Shown piece by piece: positions 60,165 to 64,000 of a DNA stretch of 64,000 nucleotides (its first letter is position 1; each line of letters starts with the position of its first letter). This DNA comes from Gemmatimonadota bacterium. GTDB lineage: Bacteria > JBHIER01 > G020348925. The notes below the pieces were generated by a model. It was not told where the DNA came from, searched no databases, and was given only the letters and a program-made list of their open reading frames with translations. Made by a program: the position numbers and the translations under genes. The DNA lies in contig CP070758.1 in NCBI GenBank assembly GCA_020348925.1, forward strand, positions 576,469 to 640,468, given 5' to 3'.

Positions 60165-61493
60165 ATGAAGCTATTGAAAAACAGACATGAGACTCCGAGG
60201 CGTCCCCTTCCATGGGGATCTCTATTTCTCTTGATTCTCTTTCTGTTCGCCTGCCACAGAGAGAAACCCACGAGTCTCCCTAAGAAATCAACGGGAGGGC
60301 AGACCTCCAAAGCCAGTACTCCCACTGCAGTGGAGGTTGGTGGATCAAACGAAAACCCTTCGAACCGTCTCCCTTCCAAGGTCGCTCTTTTGAGCCCAGA
60401 ACACGACTCCACCTTCCGTTTTGGCAGCATCGAACAGGAGTTGATCTTTACGTGGTGTTCGTCAAAGGATCCAGACGGAGATGTCGTCAGTTATGTGTGG
60501 TTTCTCCGAGATGCTGAAAAAAATCGAACCCTTCTTTGGGAAGATACCGATCAGGACACCTTTTCCATTTTCGACGGATGCTCCATCGCCGGTCTCTTTC
60601 CCACGATGGAGAGTGTCTACGATCTCCAGTGGGAGGTTCGGGTCACGGATGGGAGATCCGCCATCTCCAGCGATAAATCCGGACTCTTCCTGCTGTCTGA
60701 CATCGACACGGAATACACGCTTCCCTCAAACTTCCCCGGAGATTTTTCCCCACCGGAGGACCAGCTCACCGGATCCGTGCTCGGCGGCTGGGGTGGCAGT
60801 GAGGGGTGCCTCATTCATACACCCATCGTCTTCCTCCACGGGAACTGGCAGACGGCCGACACCTGGAACCTCACAGCCCAGAGATTTCTGGAGAACGGTT
60901 ATTACCCCAGAGAGCTTTGGGCCATAAGCTATATTGAAGTTTTCGGCGGCGATTCCGCCAACTCGAACATGGCCAATGTGGAGGATATCGATGGCTTTGT
61001 CAAGGGCGTCCTGGACTACACCGGAGCTGAAAGGGTGAACCTGATCGCCCATTCGCTGGGCGTAACCGTAGCTCGAGCCTGGATGGAGGCAAAGGATGCC
61101 CACGGTAAAGTCGAGCACTTCATCGCCATTGCTGGCCCCAATCACGGGGTTCATTTCTGTTTCGGACCCCAGGCGGGGACCGCCCTCTGTCAGGAGATCG
61201 GGCATCCCAACACGGATTTTCTAAACTCTCTGAACGATCCCGATGAGACACCGCTGGATGACCTCGTCGCCTACATGACGATTTACGACGGCACCGGCGC
61301 CGATATCTTTTATCCTGCCTACGCCTTCTTCAGCGACGGCAGCACGGGAAGCTTGTTGGAGAGCCCACGGCTGGGGGGAGCCGCGAACGTCCAACTTCCG
61401 GGGAAAGACCATTTTGAGCTGAAAGACAGCCAGGAATCCTTTGATCTTATGTTCAATTTTCTGAATTCGAACGGATATTATGTACAAGACTGA
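60165..61493 (+). CDS. Lipoprotein lipase/esterase (Lipase_2-like) with an N-terminal beta-domain
   Basis: Lipobox LFAC; PIVFLHGN; IAHSLG nucleophile; AGPNHG; DHFELK. Confidence 0.85.
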   Translation: MKLLKNRHETPRRPLPWGSLFLLILFLFACHREKPTSLPKKSTGGQTSKASTPTAVEVGGSNENPSNRLPSKVALLSPEHDSTFRFGSIEQELIFTWCSSKDPDGDVVSYVWFLRDAEKNRTLLWEDTDQDTFSIFDGCSIAGLFPTMESVYDLQWEVRVTDGRSAISSDKSGLFLLSDIDTEYTLPSNFPGDFSPPEDQLTGSVLGGWGGSEGCLIHTPIVFLHGNWQTADTWNLTAQRFLENGYYPRELWAISYIEVFGGDSANSNMANVEDIDGFVKGVLDYTGAERVNLIAHSLGVTVARAWMEAKDAHGKVEHFIAIAGPNHGVHFCFGPQAGTALCQEIGHPNTDFLNSLNDPDETPLDDLVAYMTIYDGTGADIFYPAYAFFSDGSTGSLLESPRLGGAANVQLPGKDHFELKDSQESFDLMFNFLNSNGYYVQD

Positions 61494-63000
61494 TTGGCTG
61501 GAGAAGAGGGAACTGTTAACGCCCAATCGGATCGCTCTCATCGATGTGGCTGCAGGCACGAGATACACCTATCGGCACATGAACCGCCGAGCCAATCGAC
61601 TGGCCCACGTGCTCGTGGATCGTTTCAACATTGAAAGAGGCGATCGCATCGCCATCCTGTCCCTGAACTGCTCCGAATTTTTGGAGACCCTCTTCGCGGT
61701 GGCAAAAGCGGGCGCCATTCTCGTGCCGCTCAACCACCGCTTAGTATCGGAAGAATTGGAATACATCATCAACGACTGCCAGCCGAAAGTTCTGATCTAC
61801 GAGGGCCATTTCGAAGAAAAGGTGAAGGACATACAGCCAAGGGTAAACATTGAGTTCTATGTTAGGCTTCACGGCCATGGTGGATCGGGTCACGTCAAAG
61901 AATACGAGGGGCTTCTAAATACTGCTCCGGTGACCCCGGTCCACGATACAACCGTTGAGTTCGAGGACCCCTTTCAAATTCTCTACACTTCGGGAACCAC
62001 AGGAAAACCGAAGGGGGTCGTTCTCTCCCATCGAATGATCTTTTGGAATTCTGTGAACACAATGATCCGGGACATCCTGCCCACAGATATCACCCTCACC
62101 CACACCCCTCTCTTCTATACGGGTGGGCTCAACGTTTACACCCTGCCTCTCTTTCATCTTGGGGGAAGGGTGGTCTTAATGCAATCATGGGATGCCGACC
62201 TGGCTTTGGATCTGATTGAAAAAGAGAAGATCACCATGTTTTTCGCTATTCCGACACAGTTTCAGATGATGCTCGATTCGCCCCGGTTCCATGAAACCGA
62301 TCTCTCCTCCCTTCGCTTCGTTGTTGCCGGCGGAGCCCCCTGCCCCAGCCCGGTCATGGAGGCTTTCCGAAAGAAGGGTGTCATGTTCAAGCAGGGATAC
62401 GGTCTGACCGAGGTGGGTCCGGGCGTCACGGCCATGGAATTTGAGGATGCCGAGCGCAAAACCGGATCCATCGGGGTGCCCAACTTCCACATGGAAGCCC
62501 GGATTGTCGATGACGAGGGCCAAACAGTAGAGACCGGAGGCATCGGCGAGCTCATACTCAGAGCTCCCAGCATGTGCTCGGGCTACTGGAACGACCCGGG
62601 TGCAACCCGCGAAGCCTTTCAGGACGGCTGGTTTCACACCGGCGACCTGGCCCGCCAGGACGAGGAGGGATTCCTCTTTATTGTGGGCCGGAAAAAGGAC
62701 ATGTTCATCAGCGGCGGGATGAACGTCTACCCGGCCGAGGTGGAGTCCGTCCTGTACCGAAATCCGAAGATAGCCGAGGTCGCGGTGATCGGGGTGCCCC
62801 ACGAGAAATGGGGGGAGGTAGGCATGGCATTTGTGGTCTGCAAGAATGGAGAGCAGCTGACGTCGGACGAAGTTATCCAATCCTGTCACAACAAGCTGGC
62901 AAAATATAAGATACCCAAGGAGGTGAAATTCATGGATGCTCTCCCGAAAGGACCCTCGGGAAAGATCTTGAAAAAGGAGTTAATAAAAAGAGGTGGATGA
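61480..63000 (+). CDS. Long-chain acyl-CoA synthetase (AMP-binding)
   Basis: YTSGTTGKPKG, QGYGLTE, FHTGD, SGKILK. Confidence 0.93.
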   Translation: MYKTDWLEKRELLTPNRIALIDVAAGTRYTYRHMNRRANRLAHVLVDRFNIERGDRIAILSLNCSEFLETLFAVAKAGAILVPLNHRLVSEELEYIINDCQPKVLIYEGHFEEKVKDIQPRVNIEFYVRLHGHGGSGHVKEYEGLLNTAPVTPVHDTTVEFEDPFQILYTSGTTGKPKGVVLSHRMIFWNSVNTMIRDILPTDITLTHTPLFYTGGLNVYTLPLFHLGGRVVLMQSWDADLALDLIEKEKITMFFAIPTQFQMMLDSPRFHETDLSSLRFVVAGGAPCPSPVMEAFRKKGVMFKQGYGLTEVGPGVTAMEFEDAERKTGSIGVPNFHMEARIVDDEGQTVETGGIGELILRAPSMCSGYWNDPGATREAFQDGWFHTGDLARQDEEGFLFIVGRKKDMFISGGMNVYPAEVESVLYRNPKIAEVAVIGVPHEKWGEVGMAFVVCKNGEQLTSDEVIQSCHNKLAKYKIPKEVKFMDALPKGPSGKILKKELIKRGG

Positions 63001-63053
63001 ACGACATCCTGACCTCGGATATTCGAACGCTACATCATGATTAGGCGAAAACG

Positions 63054-64000
63054 ATGACGATAAAAAAACTGTTGTGCTACAGTTGTGTTTTGGTCTATAT
63101 CCTCCTTCCTCTTTTGCCGGTCTCTGCCGGCACAACCGGGAAAATCGTAGGCTCGGTCACCGATGCCAAGACAGGGGAACCTCTGCCGGGAGTGAACATT
63201 ATTGTTGAGGGAACAACACTGGGGGCGGCCACGAACACGAAAGGTGACTACATGATTTTGAATGTCACACCGGGAGTCTACAGCTTGAGGGCATCGATGA
63301 TCGGATATACCCCCATGGTCGTCCAACAGGCGAGGGTGACTTTAGACCTGACCACAACGGTCAACTTCCCTCTGACCTCCACGGTTATAGAACTCGAGGA
63401 AGTGGTCACGGTGACGGCGGAGCGACCTCTCATTCAGAAAGACGTGACCTCTTCGGTGAACATCGTCAATCAGGATCTGATCGAAACCATGCCGGTGGAG
63501 GATTACACCGAGGTGCTGGCCCTCAACCCGGGTATCACGAGAGATTTTCGTGGGTTTCATCTCAGAGGCGGTCGCGAGAGGGAGGTCGTCTTCGAAGTCG
63601 ACGGTATCCCGGTGCAGGAGCCCAATTACGGGACCTCATACAGCGGCATTTCGGTTCTCAGCCTCAACAACACGGCCATCTCGGAGATGGTCGTACAGAG
63701 CGGTGGGTTCAATGCCGAGTACGGGAACGCTCAATCTGGAGTGGTCAATATCATCACAAGAGAGGGCGGAGAAACTTTTCACGGCTCGTTGAACGCAGAA
63801 ACGGAGTTGGATCTGGACGAGGGGAAAAAGGGGCGGGACTATCACACCGGCTTCCGCAAGTATCGCCTCAATCTCAGTGGACCGGTGCCGCATCTGCCTC
63901 AATTGAAATACTTTTTGTCTACGGAAATCATTACCGCCGATGATGGTTTTCCTTCCCGAGAGAGGACCCCGTCGGAGCTGAATGAGTTGAATGTGACAGG
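63054..64000 (+). CDS. TonB-dependent receptor, 5' part (runs off the window)
   Basis: Not in the ORF track. Hand translation MTIKKLL...AGTTGKIVGSVTDAKTGEPLPGVNIIVEGT...; plug motifs HLRGGR...VDG and GGFNAEYGNAQSGVVNIITKEG. Confidence 0.9.
   Translation, partial: MTIKKLLCYSCVLVYILLPLLPVSAGTTGKIVGSVTDAKTGEPLPGVNIIVEGTTLGAATNTKGDYMILNVTPGVYSLRASMIGYTPMVVQQARVTLDLTTTVNFPLTSTVIELEEVVTVTAERPLIQKDVTSSVNIVNQDLIETMPVEDYTEVLALNPGITRDFRGFHLRGGREREVVFEVDGIPVQEPNYGTSYSGISVLSLNNTAISEMVVQSGGFNAEYGNAQSGVVNIITREGGETFHGSLNAETELDLDEGKKGRDYHTGFRKYRLNLSGPVPHLPQLKYFLSTEIITADDGFPSRERTPSELNELNVT

Overview
The window is six contigs joined by five exact 100-N spacers (3678-3777, 11951-12050, 15669-15768, 19865-19964, 24331-24430). 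Adjacency across those gaps is unproven, and several track ORFs are cross-gap chimeras. The DNA looks like an anaerobic diderm of the FCB group (KSB1/Calditrichaeota-like; inferred from T9SS/FlgD-type C-terminal domains and TonB receptors with carboxypeptidase-like N-termini). Contents in order: secreted dockerin proteins sharing a near-identical 3' cassette; a hybrid kinase, fused NfnAB and group D [FeFe]-hydrogenase regulatory cassette; three tandem Csu-type pilins opposite an ECF sigma/anti-sigma pair; a CHAP-like protein and a mosaic dockerin protein; a non-pyrrolysine MttB/corrinoid/split-MetH operon; EF-G2 and yebC-ruvC-ruvA; a cobalamin-riboswitch operon (ECF S-component, BtuB-like receptor, BtuG-like propeller fused to a dockerin); a 14-kb MarR locus; and a GbsR-led lipid/ester utilisation operon with a non-canonical KAS III. 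The best candidate for an undescribed system is the MarR locus (40.0-54.2 kb). It has a shared AGTTG-N7-CAACT operator, ArsN2, an ABC exporter, four envelope peptidases (two with Cys/Gly-rich inserts, one also with a metallothionein-like tail) and a rhodanese/YeeE sulfur module. All calls come from reading motifs by eye; no database searches were run.
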